A stretch of 64,000 bases of DNA from an uncultured Acidobacteriota bacterium (GTDB lineage: Bacteria > Acidobacteriota > Thermoanaerobaculia > UBA5066 > Gp7-AA6): assembly GCA_963843325.1 (NCBI GenBank), contig CAWJKC010000006.1, positions 199,941 through 263,940 on the forward strand, read 5' to 3'. The notes under the pieces are model-generated. The model was given only the letters and a program-made list of their open reading frames with translations, made no database searches and was not told the DNA's origin. Each line of letters opens with the position of its first letter. Positions within the stretch are counted from its first letter, which is position 1. This document shows, piece by piece, positions 10,603 to 21,324 of this stretch. The translations under genes were made by a program, and so were the position numbers.

Positions 10603-11829
10603 TTCGGACCGAACGCCGAAAGTGCGAAGGCGGCCGCGTAACAGCAAAGCTGCGCGGCGAAGACCGGCCAGAGGGATTCGCCGATCCCCCGCCGGGTGAC
10701 GAGCAGGTACCCGGCGATCGCGAGCAGTGGGATCATCGCCGCGACCGCCTCCGTGCCGACCAATCGGACGACGACGGTTGCCGCGCGCGCCGGCAGTTCC
10801 GGCCACCGGTCGGGAAACAGCAGGCTGAAGTCGAAGTCGCGGCGCGTCTGCGGACCGGTCACGAACCGGAGCAGACGCCCAATGGACCGCCAGCGGGACC
10901 AGGAGAACGGCGACGCCCGCCCACCGAGCCGGATTTCGCCGGAGCAGAACGAAGAGGAGCACCGCGGCAAACAGCACGAAGGCCGAGCCTTCCTGCTTGA
11001 TCGACACGCAGAAGAGCGACGCCGCCGCCAGGCGCCCGAGGCGTTCGGGCGAAGCGACCTCGAGAACGTCGAGCAGCGCACAGCACACGAGAACGAACGC
11101 GAACGCCAACGGCACTTCGGCCGTCCCCACGTTCAAGGCCCCGTAGAGCGGGAAGCACAGCGCGGTCAGCGCCGCGGCCCCGGCGCCTGCCGAGCGCGAG
11201 ACGCGGCGAGCGAGAAACCCGGCGAGCGCCAGCAGCGTCGCGAGCTCGCAGGCCGGCCAGAGCAGGGCGAGGGCCTGGTCGTTCCACGCGCCCACGAGCC
11301 CCGCAAAGGCCGCCAGCGAAAGCGGCACGAGCAGCGGATACTCCGGATGCGACCAGGCGAGCGCCGGATCCAGGAAGAGCCTCTGCTTGAGCGCCGGCGC
11401 AAGGGACGCGAGCTTGCCCTTCAGGCCCCAGATCGCCAGGTGGTCCGTCGCCCACATCGGCTCGGCGATGGCCTGTACGAGGAACAGGGCCCAGGCCACG
11501 GCCGCCACGGCCGCAAGCACGGCGACGGCGCGCGAATCGCCCGGATCCACTCCGCGCGCGGGACGATCGAGGCGGGGCCGGCGAAGGACGAGGCTCGCGC
11601 CGACGACGAGCGCGTCGCCGAACAGGATTCTCCCCGCGCCGGCCCCGCCTGCCCCGAAGCGCCAGCCGACGAAGATCGCGCTCTGCGCGAGGAGTCCGAG
11701 CGCAAGGCTCCACGCCGCGCGCTCCATGCGGGTCAAGCCTCCGCCGATCAGCCGCAGGAGCGACCAGCCCACCACCCCGGTCGCGGCGAGAGCAAGGGAC
11801 ATCCGCAGGAGCGCAACCGAAACGGTCAT
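10398..11829 (-). CDS. Polytopic membrane protein (frame-broken), unknown function
   Basis: ATG at 11829 overlaps the upstream stop (ATGA). The sequence reads MTVSVALLRMSLALAATGVVGWSLLRLIGG...WSHPEYPLLVPLSLAAFAGLVGAW...FCVSIKQEGSAFVLFAAVLLFVLL. After a break near 10860 it continues ...AAMIPLLAIAGYLLV...LVLTLFPAFTLLLFA. The C-terminal tail overlaps the convergent gene. Confidence 0.4.
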
Positions 11830-12260
11830 CGTCGCCAGAGAGTCCCCTGCGCGATCGGCTCGCCTTTCGGAGCAGGCTCCGTTCGGTAGGTCGCCACGTA
11901 GCCAGCCTCGCTCGCGCGCCCGGCATCCACGACGCGGCGCGGCGCAAGCTCGTAAACGGCGAGGTATGCGTAGGTGTCCGGCGTGCGCGGAACGAGCACC
12001 GCGATCGTCGCGTCGGGCGGCACCTTGCGGCGCAGCTCCTCCAGGAACTCCGCGTACGCGGGATCGAACCAGAACCGCGTGACTTCGGTGCTCGGGGTCG
12101 ACCCGCCGCGCAGCGCGCGAGTGAGGAGGCTCCACCGGCGCGCGATCTCCGGGGGCCGCAGCGTCGCCGCCATCGAGATCCCGACGACCGCAAGGAGAAC
12201 GCCCGCGAGGGCGCGCGTCAGCCGACCCCGCGAGTGGGGACTAGGGCTGTCGTCCGTCAT
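11826..12260 (-). CDS. Small membrane-anchored hypothetical protein
   Basis: The 144-aa ORF has one N-terminal TM segment (LTRALAGVLLAVVGISMAATL). It is translationally coupled to genes on both sides. I recognise no family. Confidence 0.45.
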   Translation of the reverse strand: MTDDSPSPHSRGRLTRALAGVLLAVVGISMAATLRPPEIARRWSLLTRALRGGSTPSTEVTRFWFDPAYAEFLEELRRKVPPDATIAVLVPRTPDTYAYLAVYELAPRRVVDAGRASEAGYVATYRTEPAPKGEPIAQGTLWRR

Positions 12261-12907
12261 CGGCGATCACCCGGTTGCGCAGCACGCCGACGCCTTCGAT
12301 CTCGACTTCCACGACGTCGCCGGCCGCGAGCGGCCCGACGCCGGCGGGAGTGCCGGTGAGGATGATGTCGCCCGGCAGCAGCGTCATCATGCGCGAGACG
12401 TAGGCGACGAGAAACGCGGGTGAGAACACCATGTCGGAGATCGGCGCCGACTGGCGCGCGGCGCCGTTGACGCGCGTCGAGATTCTCGAGGCGGAAGGAT
12501 CGAAGCCGGCGACGATCGCGGGGCCGACCGGGCAGAACGTGTCGAAGGACTTCGAGCGCGCGAACTGCTTGTCCTTCTTCTGGAGGTCGCGAGCGGTGAC
12601 GTCGTTCGCGCAGCAGACGCCCGCGAGCGCTTCCAGCCAGCGCTCCTGCGGCCAACGCTTGATCTTTTTGCCGATGACGAGCGCGAGCTCGCCCTCGTAG
12701 TCCACCCGCTGCGACTCGGGCGGCAGCACGATGTCGCCGCCGCCGATGCACCAGCGCCGTCGGCGCCTTGAGGAAGAGCATCGGCTCGTCCTCGGGCGCG
12801 ACGCTTCCGAATTCCGCGGCGTGGTCGCGGTAGTTCTTTCCCACCGCGACGATCTTCGACGGCAGCGGCGGCGCTTCGGCGGACCCGAAGGCAATCGGCC
12901 GCGTCAC
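12241..12907 (-). CDS. Fumarylacetoacetate hydrolase (FAH) family protein, one frame break
   Basis: GTG at 12907 overlaps the dapF stop. The N-terminus reads ...KIVAVGKNYRDHAAEFGSVAPEDEPMLFLKAPTAL. After a break near 12740 it continues ...VDYEGELALVIGKK...NDVTARDLQKKDKQFARSKSFDTFCPVGP...GDIILTGTPAGVG. Confidence 0.8.
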
Positions 12908-13734
12908 TCCTTCCAGGCCTCCTCGAGAAGCTCGCCCGCGTAGATCTCGCGGGCGTCGCCGGTCAGGCGCACGCCGGCGACCACTTCGCCGAGCTCGCGG
13001 AACTCGACCGTCAGGTCGACACCGCTCTTGGTGCCGCAGATGACCGGAGAGGACGCCATGCCCTGGTGGCCCGCGGCGATCGCCGAGGCGACCACGCCCG
13101 AGCCGCAGGAGAGGGTCTCGCCCTCGACGCCGCGCTCCCAGGAGCGGACCTCGATGCGGTTGGGCCCGGCCGCGCGCACGAAATTGACGTTGGCGCCCTC
13201 GGGCAGCGCCGGGTGGCGCCGCAGGGGCGGGCCGAAGCGGTCGATCGCGAGCTTCGCCAGGTCGCCGCGCACGAAGACGACCAGGTGCGGCACGCCCACC
13301 TTCATCGGGATCGCGGTCGGCGGCAGGCCGCGCCCGGAGATCGGAATCGGATCGAGGGGCGCCGGCACGGCGGGCAGCGCGAGGGTGACCTGCTCGCCGT
13401 CCACGCGCGACTCGATCGTTCCCCAGCCCGTCTCGAGCATGACCGAATCGCCCGTGGCGAGGCCGTGGCGGACGGCGTACCGCGCGGCGCAGCGGGTGCC
13501 GTTGGCGCAGAACGTCGCGGGCCCCCCGTCGGCGTTGAAGTAGTCGACCCGGACGCGGCCCTTCTCTCCGGGCGAGAGAAAGAGGGCGCCGTCGGCCCCG
13601 ACCGAGAGCCCGCGCCGGCAGGCCAGCGCCAGGCGCCGGCGGGCCTCGTCGGACAGGTCGCGGCCGTCCGCCTCGAACATGAGGAAGTCGTTGCCGCCGC
13701 CGGCCATTTTCACGAAACGCGCGGGAAGGGTCAT
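12904..13734 (-). CDS. dapF: Diaminopimelate epimerase
   Basis: The 276-aa gene is intact. It reads FVKMAGGGNDFLMF...DYFNADGGPATFCANGTRCAARY...MKVGVPHLVVFV...WERGVEGETLSCGSGVVASA, which carries both catalytic Cys contexts. Confidence 0.9.
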   Translation of the reverse strand: MTLPARFVKMAGGGNDFLMFEADGRDLSDEARRRLALACRRGLSVGADGALFLSPGEKGRVRVDYFNADGGPATFCANGTRCAARYAVRHGLATGDSVMLETGWGTIESRVDGEQVTLALPAVPAPLDPIPISGRGLPPTAIPMKVGVPHLVVFVRGDLAKLAIDRFGPPLRRHPALPEGANVNFVRAAGPNRIEVRSWERGVEGETLSCGSGVVASAIAAGHQGMASSPVICGTKSGVDLTVEFRELGEVVAGVRLTGDAREIYAGELLEEAWKE

Positions 13735-13787
13735 GGGAGCGGGATTCTAGCGGAAGGCGGAGGGTCCGGCTCACCGGCCCTCTCGGC

Positions 13788-13843
13788 GCCGTAGGGGCGG
13801 CCCTTGGGCCGCCCGGCGCCGGTGCAAGCCCCGCCCCTACGGC
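13788..13843. repeat. GC-rich nested palindrome in the lipoprotein-dapF spacer
   Basis: GCCGTAGGGGCGG (13788-13800) is perfectly complementary to CCGCCCCTACGGC (13831-13843). An inner hairpin GGCGGCCC-TT-GGGCCGCC overlaps the left arm. There is no T-tract. Confidence 0.4.
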
Positions 13844-13873
13844 ACGGCGAGCGCCGCGGTGAGGCGGCGCACT

Positions 13874-15070
13874 TCAGAACGGCTCGGCGACCGCCTCCGG
13901 CGACGCCGGGCTCTGGTTGCCCGCCCGGTCGATCGCGACGACCGTGTAGCGGTAGCGCTTGCCCTGCCCGACCGTCTCGTCGGTGAAGAAGGGATCGGCG
14001 ACCGGGTCTTTCGTCAGGCGCTCCGGCGCGCCGGTCCCCTCGGCGCGGAACACGAGGTAGCCGGCCAGGTCGGCCGCATCGACCGGGCTCCAGACCAGGC
14101 GCACGCGGTTGCCCTCGGAGAGCGCGTCGAGGCGCGACGGGCGCGGCCGGCGGGTAGACGTCGCGATAGATCACGGCCAGCTCTTCGGCCGGCAGGCCCT
14201 CGACCTTCGGGTTCTTCGCGAGCACGGCGCGCACCGTGTAGACCAGGGGCATGCCGTACGGCGCTCCGGCGTCCACGATACGACACGGCCGCGATCGGCT
14301 TCGGGTTCAGCGGCCGGTCGTATTCCTCATCCGGAAGGATGCGCCGGTACACCACGTAGCCGCCGATCTCGACCGGCCGGCCGAGCACGTCGTTCTGCGG
14401 CGCGAGCCAGTCGAGGCAGATGCGCCCCTCGAGCGGCATCGCGGGAAGCAGGACCGGCGCCTCGGGCGCGACGTCCGGATCGAGCGCCACGATGTTGGAA
14501 AGCGGGCTGCGCGCCCCGCCGCGCCGCACCGAGATGACGGCGTAGGCGAGCGGCTCGGGCTTCTTCTCCGTCGCAAAGAGGGGTGAGAGCGGGTCCTTGT
14601 AGACGACCGACGCCCCCTGCGTGCGCTCGGCGATGTCGGCCAGCGGGAGCGTCGCGATCTTTTCGGCCAGCTGGTAGAACGCCTCCTCGGCCATCCGCGT
14701 GTTGGTCGCCGCGCGCCGCTCGGCGGCGCCCGGCAGCACGACGACGTTCGTGCTGGACGTGCCGCCCTGGGGTGCCGGGCTTCCCGCCGGACGCGGGGAG
14801 GTCAGCGAGGAGGGCGGATGCACGACCCGATAGACCTCGATCGTCTGCGAGGTCCGTCAGCGGCGCACCGGTCAGCAGGCGGTCGGGGAAGCGGAACGTC
14901 AGAACGGCGTCGTCGCCCTCCTGCTCGACGGAAAGGTCCGACACCGCGTTCGGTCCCTTCGGCAGCGGCGGCTGCGGATCGCCCTTCTTGCCGCACGAGA
15001 GCGTCAGGAAGACCAGGGCGAGAAGAACGAAACCAGCCTCCCGCCTCCTGCCTCCCGCCTCCCGGCTCAC
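13874..15070 (-). CDS. Lipoprotein with C-terminal fibronectin-type-III-like domain (three frame breaks)
   Basis: The N-terminus [35 protein letters not shown] carries a lipobox (LSC). The C-terminus reads [35 protein letters not shown]...[18 protein letters not shown], which is FN3-like. Breaks lie near 14845, 14280 and 14130. Confidence 0.55.
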
Positions 15071-16425
15071 AGCACGTAGCGCGACAGGTCCTCGTCCTTG
15101 ACGAGATCCGCGAGCGCGCCCTGCACGTCGGAGAGCTCGATCCGGATCGACTTGCCCGCGTTCTCGGGCCCCGCAAAGGAGATGTCCTCGAGCAGGCGCT
15201 CGAGGATGGTGTGCAGCCGCCGCGCGCCGATGTTCTCGAGCGCGCGGTTGACGCGCTCGGCGTCGCGCGCGATCTCGCCGATGGCCTCGTCGGCAAACGA
15301 CAGGTCGACACCCTCGGCATCCATCAACGCGCGGTACTGCTTCAAGAGCGCGTTCTCGGGCTCGGTCAGGATGCGCACGAAGTCCGACTCGGTCAGCGAG
15401 TCGAGCTCGACCCGGATCGGAAACCGGCCCTGCAGCTCCGGGATCAGGTCCGATGGCTTCGACACGTGGAAGGCGCCCGCCGCGATGAAGAGGACGTGAT
15501 CGGTCTTGACCAGGCCGTACTTGGTGTTGACGGTCGTGCCTTCGACGATCGGCAGCAGGTCGCGCTGCACGCCCTCGCGGGACACGTCGGGACCGCGGCC
15601 GCCCGACTCGCGCCCGGCGACCTTGTCGATCTCGTCCAGGAACACGATGCCCGAGGACTGCGCGCGCTCGACGGCCTCGCGCGCCACCTGGCCCGGATCG
15701 ATGAGGCGCCCCTCCTCCTCGGCCTGGAGGATCTGCCGCGCCTCGCCGACGGTCGTCTTGCGGCGCTTCTTCTTGCCGCCGAAGAGACCGGGGAGCATCT
15801 CCTTGACGTTGATGTCCATCTCCTCGACGCCCTGGTTGGTGACGATCTCGAAGGAGGGAAAGGTCTTGTCCGCGACCTCGACCTCGACGAAACGATCCTC
15901 GAGCTTTCCGTCGCGCAGCATCTGCCGCAGCTTGTTGCGCGTCTCCTCGCCCTCGGTGTCGGGCAGCGCCGGCAGGAGCAGGTCGAGCAGGCGCTGTTCC
16001 GTGCGCCCGGAGGCGCGGTCGCGGATCTCGAGCGTCTTCTCCTCGCGCACCATCTGGACGGCGACCTCGGTCAGGTCGCGCACGATCGATTCGACGTCGC
16101 GCCCGACGTAGCCGACCTCGGTGAACTTGGAGGCTTCGACCTTGAGAAACGGGGCGTCGGCCAGCCGCGCCAGGCGCCGCGCGATCTCCGTCTTGCCGAC
16201 TCCCGTCGGCCCCATCATCAGGATGTTCTTGGGCAGGATCTCGCGCGCCATCTCGGGCGACAGGCGCTGGCGGCGCCAGCGGTTGCGCAGCGCGATCGCG
16301 ACGGCCTTCTTGGCGCGGTTCTGGCCGATGACGTACTTGTCGAGCTCGACGACGATCTCGCGCGGCGTGCGCGCGGCGGCCGGCGGAGCTTCGACGGGCG
16401 TGTCGCCCGGCATCATGAAGACCAC
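15067..16425 (-). CDS. hslU: ATP-dependent protease ATPase subunit HslU
   Basis: The 452-aa gene is intact. It reads ...[51 protein letters not shown]...[10 protein letters not shown]... Confidence 0.95.
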   Translation of the reverse strand: MVFMMPGDTPVEAPPAAARTPREIVVELDKYVIGQNRAKKAVAIALRNRWRRQRLSPEMAREILPKNILMMGPTGVGKTEIARRLARLADAPFLKVEASKFTEVGYVGRDVESIVRDLTEVAVQMVREEKTLEIRDRASGRTEQRLLDLLLPALPDTEGEETRNKLRQMLRDGKLEDRFVEVEVADKTFPSFEIVTNQGVEEMDINVKEMLPGLFGGKKKRRKTTVGEARQILQAEEEGRLIDPGQVAREAVERAQSSGIVFLDEIDKVAGRESGGRGPDVSREGVQRDLLPIVEGTTVNTKYGLVKTDHVLFIAAGAFHVSKPSDLIPELQGRFPIRVELDSLTESDFVRILTEPENALLKQYRALMDAEGVDLSFADEAIGEIARDAERVNRALENIGARRLHTILERLLEDISFAGPENAGKSIRIELSDVQGALADLVKDEDLSRYVL

Positions 16426-16426
16426 G

Positions 16427-16963
16427 TCACACCTCTTCCAGCGTGATGTGGTCGTTCGTGTAGATGTCGATCTCGGAGGCGATCAGGAGCGCCTCCCGCG
16501 CGATCTGGGCCGCCGAGAGGTCCGCGCGGTGCTTGAGCAGCGCGCGCGCCGCGGCGAGCGCGTAGGTGCCGCCCGAGCCGATGGCCAGCACGCCCTCCTC
16601 CGGCGAGATCAGGTCACCCGTGCCGGAGATCAGTAGTGAGGTGGTCTTGTCGGCCACGATCAGCAGAGCCTCGAGCTGGCGCAGCATCTTGTCGGTGCGC
16701 CAGTCCTTGGCGAGCTCGATCGCCGAGCGCTCGAGGTTGCCGCGGAATTCCTCGAGCTTCATCTCGAAGCGCGAGAAGAGGGCGAAGGCGTCGGCCGAGG
16801 AGCCGGCGAACCCCGCGATCACCTCGCCGCCCTTCAACCTGCGGATCTTGGCGGCCGTCTGCTTCATGACGGTCGTGCCGAGCGTGACCTGCCCGTCGGA
16901 AACCATCGCCACTTTTCCGCCGTGGCGCACGCAGAGGACCGTCGTCGAGTGCCATTTTTCCAT
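16427..16963 (-). CDS. hslV: ATP-dependent protease subunit HslV
   Basis: The 178-aa gene is intact. It reads [43 protein letters not shown]... Confidence 0.95.
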   Translation of the reverse strand: MEKWHSTTVLCVRHGGKVAMVSDGQVTLGTTVMKQTAAKIRRLKGGEVIAGFAGSSADAFALFSRFEMKLEEFRGNLERSAIELAKDWRTDKMLRQLEALLIVADKTTSLLISGTGDLISPEEGVLAIGSGGTYALAAARALLKHRADLSAAQIAREALLIASEIDIYTNDHITLEEV

Positions 16964-16983
16964 CGGCGACAGGATACCGCAGG

Positions 16984-17073
16984 GAACAGTAAGCAGTCCG
17001 CAGTAAGCAGTAAGCAGTGCGTGGAAAGCCCGGCTCGTCCTTCGTACTGCTTACTGCTTACTGCTTACTGCCC
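16984..17073. repeat. Heptad-built palindromic element, copy 1
   Basis: The left arm is CAGTAAGCAGTCCGCAGTAAGCAGTAAGCAGTGCG. The right arm is CGTACTGCTTACTGCTTACTGCTTACTG. The arms are tandem GCAGTAA/TTACTGC heptads that form a ~20-bp stem around a ~21-nt loop. The element lies between the S41 peptidase end and the hslV start. Confidence 0.8.
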
Positions 17074-18294
17074 GCCCGGCAAGCGCCTTCATCGCCGCCT
17101 CGACGATCGCGTCCTCCTGCCCCTCGCCCGACGCCGGGCCGATCGGCGACCGACCACATCAGGAGCCACGCCCTGCCCTTCGTAGCTCTTTCCATCGAGC
17201 CCCTCGATCGCGCGGGCGGAGTACCAGAGCATCGAGCCGTCCGCGAGTCTCGCCGCGGCGGCTCCCCCGCTCGCCATTCCGGCGGTCGTCTCGCCGACGA
17301 TCGGGCCGATCTTGTGCGCGCGGAACTTCAGCGCGAGCGACTCGCCGGCCGACGCCGTGCCCGAATTCACGAGCAGCGCGACCGGGAGCCGGTCGTAGAC
17401 CGGCGGCACGAGGCGCTTGCCGTCGCGCGAAATCGAGTAGTAGTCGCCCGCGCTCCACTGGCCCTGCAGGAACGTCGTGAGGATGTTCGGGTCGTAGCCG
17501 CCGCTGTTGCCCCGCGCGTCGAGCAGGAACCCCTCGATGTCGCCCCAGCCGACGAGCTCGCGCCGCGCGCGTCCCGTTTCGCTGCGGTCGAGCAGCATGT
17601 CCACGACGGCGAGCGCGGTTTCCGTGCTCATGCCCCAGATGTGCGCGTAGCCGTAGGCCTTGCCGTCCTTGCGCACGACGCGCGCGCTCTTCCAGACGAG
17701 GGCGTCGCCGGATTCCTCGGCCGTGCGCGCGAGCCGCTCGAGGCGGGGCGGCGCGTCGCCGCGCTGCGAGGTCGCCTGGACGAACGTGCCCGGAGCGCCC
17801 TCGAACACGAAGAAGAGGTCCCGGAAGTTCACGCGTTCCTTGCCGTACTTTCGTCCGTCGACCTCGAGGATGCGGTCGCCGATCTTCAGTCCGGCCTGCT
17901 CGGCCGAGCTGCCCGGCAGCACGCCCTTGACCGCGTAGCCGTCGCCGTCCTGCCCGATGCGCAACCCCGCCGTGCCCCAGCCGCGCTCGGGCAGCCGGCC
18001 GGCCGGCATGCGGAACGTGTGCGAGTCCGAGAGCGTCGCGAGCAGCCGGTCGTAGACCGCGGACTCCTCGGCCGGCGAGGGGTTGCGCGACAGCTCCGCG
18101 CGGGCCCGCTCGACCGCGCCCGACCAGTCGGTCCCCTTCAGCTTCGGATCGAAGAACCCCTCGCGGATCGTCCGGTCGACCTCGACGAGCACCGGCGGCA
18201 TGGCCGGCGTCGGCGTCGGCGTCTGCGCCGACGACAGCGCGGCCCACAGCAGGCAGGTCGCGGCCAGCGCCGCTTCAGGCCTTCGGATGCGCAT
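17051..18294 (-). CDS. S41 family C-terminal processing peptidase (PDZ-containing), one frame break near the 3' end
   Basis: The sequence begins MRIRRPEAALAATCLLWAALSSAQ (signal peptide). It contains a PDZ-like segment (GVLPGSSAEQAGLKIGDRILEVDG) and ...FLLDARGNSGGY...LPVALLVNSGTASAGESLALKF.... The ORF track ends at 17089 with an Arg-rich tail. Shifting frame near 17150 gives the plausible ...PIGPASGEGQEDAIVEAAMKALAGR with its stop at 17051, inside the repeat. Confidence 0.8.
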
Positions 18295-19204
18295 TCCGGT
18301 AGACCTCGCGCAGCCGCGCCGCGTCGAGGTGCGTGTATTTCTGCGTCGTCGAGAGCGACGCGTGGCCGAGCAGCTCCTGGATCGCGCGCAGGTCCGCGCC
18401 GGCCTGGAGCAGGTGCGTCGCGAACGTGTGGCGCAGGGCGTGGGGCGAGATTTCCTCGGGCAGCCCGGCCGCGCGCAGGCGCCGCTTCAGCAGGCGCGCC
18501 ATCGAGCGCGGCGTGAGCCGGCCGCCGCGCGCGTTGACGAAGAGGGGCTCGCTCGACCCGGTCTCCTTGCGGCGCGCGCCGTGCCGCAGGGCCGCCCGCG
18601 AGGGCATGTACGCGCGCAGCGCGTCGGCCGCGGCCTCGCCGAACGGCACGATCCGCTCGCGGCTGCCCTTGCCCGTCACGCGCGCCAGGCGCTCGGAGAG
18701 GTCCACGTCCTCGCAGTCCAGGCCCGCCGCCTCCGAGACGCGCAGCCCCGTGGCGTAGAGCAGCTCGAAGAGCGCCCGCTCGCGCTCGGGCACGAACGTC
18801 TCGTCGTCGTCGGCCGCGAGCAGCCGCTCCGTGTCGGGCAGCGTCATCGCGCGCGGCAGCGTCTTCGGCACGCGCGGCGAGGGCAGGCCCTTGCCCGGGT
18901 TCTTCTCGATGTGCCCCTCGCGGCACGCCCAGCGGAAGAACGAGCGCAGCGTCGAGAGATGGCGCGCGAGCGAGCGGTTCGAGAGCTGCGCCCGGTGGAG
19001 GCTGGCGAGGTAGGAGCGCACGGCGAGCGTGTCGATCTTCGAGAGCGGCGTCTTGCCCGCGGTCTCGTGGGCGAACTCGCCTTCCCAGAAGTCGGCGAAG
19101 CGATCCAGGTCCGAGCGGTACGCCAGGACCGTCCGCGGGGAAAAGCGCCGCTCGTCGGCCACGTAGGTCTCGAAGCCGTCGATGGCGCGGGAAAGCGAGA
19201 TCAC
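18275..19204 (-). CDS. xerC: Tyrosine recombinase XerC/XerD family
   Basis: The 309-aa gene is intact. It reads ...LYATGLRVSEAAGL...HALRHTFATHLLQAGADLRAIQELLGHASLSTTQKYTHL, which carries the R..HxxR..Y catalytic pattern. It sits in the classical xerC-hslV-hslU context. Confidence 0.9.
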   Translation of the reverse strand: MISLSRAIDGFETYVADERRFSPRTVLAYRSDLDRFADFWEGEFAHETAGKTPLSKIDTLAVRSYLASLHRAQLSNRSLARHLSTLRSFFRWACREGHIEKNPGKGLPSPRVPKTLPRAMTLPDTERLLAADDDETFVPERERALFELLYATGLRVSEAAGLDCEDVDLSERLARVTGKGSRERIVPFGEAAADALRAYMPSRAALRHGARRKETGSSEPLFVNARGGRLTPRSMARLLKRRLRAAGLPEEISPHALRHTFATHLLQAGADLRAIQELLGHASLSTTQKYTHLDAARLREVYRNAHPKA

Positions 19205-19240
19205 GTTGCTTTCAGTGTAGCGCGGCTACAATCCCCCGCC

Positions 19241-20514
19241 ATGGAACTGCGACCGTTTCGCTCGATCCGCTTCTCTCCGAAAGTCCTCAAGGCGCGCGGC
19301 CTCTCCGCCGTCTTCGCGCCCCCGTACGACCAGATCGGCCCCGCGAAACGGGACGCCCTCTATGCGCAGGCGCCCGAGAACATCGTCCGGATCGTCTCGC
19401 GCAAGCCCGACGGCGAAGACGTCTACGCCGGCGCCGCGAAGACGCAGGCCGACTGGCTGGCCGACGGCACGCTCGAGAAGGAGCGGCGGCCCGCGCTCTG
19501 GATCTACCGGCAGACCTTCACCGACGGCGGCCAGACGTTCGTCCGGGACGCCCTCGTCGGCCTCGTCAAGCTGGCCGAGTACGAGTCCGGCGTCGTCCGG
19601 CCGCACGAGCGCACGCTCGCCAAGCCCAAGGCGGACCGGCTCGCGCTGCTCGCGGCGACGAAGGCCGACCTCGAGCTCGTGTTCCTCATGACCCGCGCGC
19701 CCCTCTCCGCCGCGCTCTCGACGCGCCGCGTCGCGCAGCTGACCGCGACCGATCCCGACGGCGTGCGGCACGACGCCTTCCGCATCTCCGACTACGCCGC
19801 GCACGTGGAGCTGCAGGGTCTCGTCAAGAACGCCGAGTCGATCATCGCCGACGGCCACCACCGCTACGAGACGGCGCTCGCGTTCTCGAAGGACCCGGCC
19901 GCCGCGAAGCTGCCCGGGCGCGCGCTACAAGCTCTGCGCGATCGTGGACATGGCCTCGCCGGGCCTCGTCGTCCGGCCGATCCACCGCCTGCTCTCCGGC
20001 TCTGCCCGCCTGGAATCCCGAAAAGCTGCTCGCGTCGGCACGCGCGTACTTCGACGTCGAAGAGCACGCGAGCGCGCGGGACGCCGTCGCGGCCCTGCAG
20101 AAACACTCGCGCATCCGGCCCGCGTTCGTGCTCGTGGCTCCGCCCGCACGACCCGTCCTGCTGACCCTCTCGGCGGCCCCCGCGCCGCTGCCGTGGCCGG
20201 AAGGGCGTTCGGAGGCCTGGAAGGGTCTCGACGTCGCGGCCCTCGAGGTCGCCCTCTTCGGCAAGCTGTTGTCGATCGACACCGACGCGATCGCGCGCGG
20301 CGAAAACGTGTCTTTCACCTCGGACACGGAGGCTGCTCTCTCCGCCGTCGAGAAGAAGGAAGCGCAGGCGGCCGTGCTGATGCGCCCGACCACGGTCGCG
20401 GACGTCGAGGCCGTCGTCTCCGCCGGCGACCGCCTGCCGCAGAAGTCGACGCACTTCTTTCCGAAGATGTACTCCGGGATCTTCGGCGTGTCGCTCGAGG
20501 AGCCGGTCTACTGA
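19241..20514 (+). CDS. DUF1015 domain-containing protein (two frame breaks)
   Basis: The sequence reads MELRPFRSIRFSP...VFAPPYDQI...VRPHERTLAKPKADRLALLAATKADLELVF...IIADGHHRYETAL. It then continues ...IVDMASPGLVVRPIHRLL and ...KSTHFFPKMYSGIF in other frames. Breaks lie near 19920 and 20005. Confidence 0.8.
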
Positions 20515-21278
20515 TGCCGCTGCTGAGCCGACTGCTTCGCCCCTTCTCGGGCCCCACGTACCGACTCGAGCAGGACCCGGTCTTCCGGGCCGCCGTCATG
20601 GATGCGATCTCGCTCGTCCCCGTGGATTTCGGGGGCGGCTGTCCCCCGAAGAAGGCCTTGACGCTGGCGTGGCTGATCCGCGCCGGCGGCTTGACCACCT
20701 CGCTCGACATCGGCGTCTACCGGGGCCGCTCTCTGGTTCCCCAGGCCATCGCCCACCGGGACCATACGGGCGGCGTCGCGTACGGCGTGGATCCATTCTC
20801 GAGCGGCGAGGCCGTCCAGCACGACAACCCGGCTCTGGCGGACAGGCTTCGGGACTTCGTCGCCACGACGGACTTCGATCGCCTCCATGCGGACGTGCTG
20901 CGGCTCTGCGACCAGCTCGGCCTCTCCGCGTGCTGCCGCCTGGTGCGCAAGACGTCCGCCGAGGCGGCGAAGGATTTCGCGGCGCAGGGTTTGAAATTCG
21001 GCTTGATCCACGTCGACGGGAACCACGACGAGGCGCGGGTCGTCGCCGACGTGAAGGATTACTTTCCCCTCCTGGCTCCGGACGGTTTCCTCGTGCTCGA
21101 CGACGTGTCCTGGACCTCCGTGAAGCCGGCGCTCGAATGGGTCGCCGCGCGCGCGACCCGGGTCTTCTACGAGAGCCGACCGACGGTGACGGAGCTCGAC
21201 TACGCCGTCTTCTGGACCGGCCGGTCGCGCCGGAAGACCGAAGCCCTTCGCGCCAGTCTCGCCCAACTCAACGCATAG
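20514..21278 (+). CDS. Class I SAM-dependent methyltransferase (Methyltransf_24-like)
   Basis: ATG at 20514 overlaps the previous stop (TGATG). The sequence reads ...SLDIGVYRGRSL...FGLIHVDGNHDEARVVADVKDYFPLLAPDGFLVLDDVSW... The gene is intact. Confidence 0.6.
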   Translation: MPLLSRLLRPFSGPTYRLEQDPVFRAAVMDAISLVPVDFGGGCPPKKALTLAWLIRAGGLTTSLDIGVYRGRSLVPQAIAHRDHTGGVAYGVDPFSSGEAVQHDNPALADRLRDFVATTDFDRLHADVLRLCDQLGLSACCRLVRKTSAEAAKDFAAQGLKFGLIHVDGNHDEARVVADVKDYFPLLAPDGFLVLDDVSWTSVKPALEWVAARATRVFYESRPTVTELDYAVFWTGRSRRKTEALRASLAQLNA

Positions 21279-21324
21279 GGCAGCCCCGCCGAAGCCGAGA
21301 AGGGCTTCCCGATATGCTCGTCCC

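Noticed and set aside
18275-19204. The tyrosine recombinase as a marker of a prophage or integrative element.
   Set aside because: It sits in the conserved xerC-hslVU housekeeping context and has the XerC/D-type C-terminus. There is no adjacent tRNA, att-like direct repeat, excisionase or phage gene.
19206-19232. A sigma-70 promoter TTGCTT-N15-TACAAT just upstream of the DUF1015 gene.
   Set aside because: The spacer is only 15 nt, and the -10 element ends 8 nt before the ATG, which would imply a leaderless transcript. This is possible but too weak to call as a feature.
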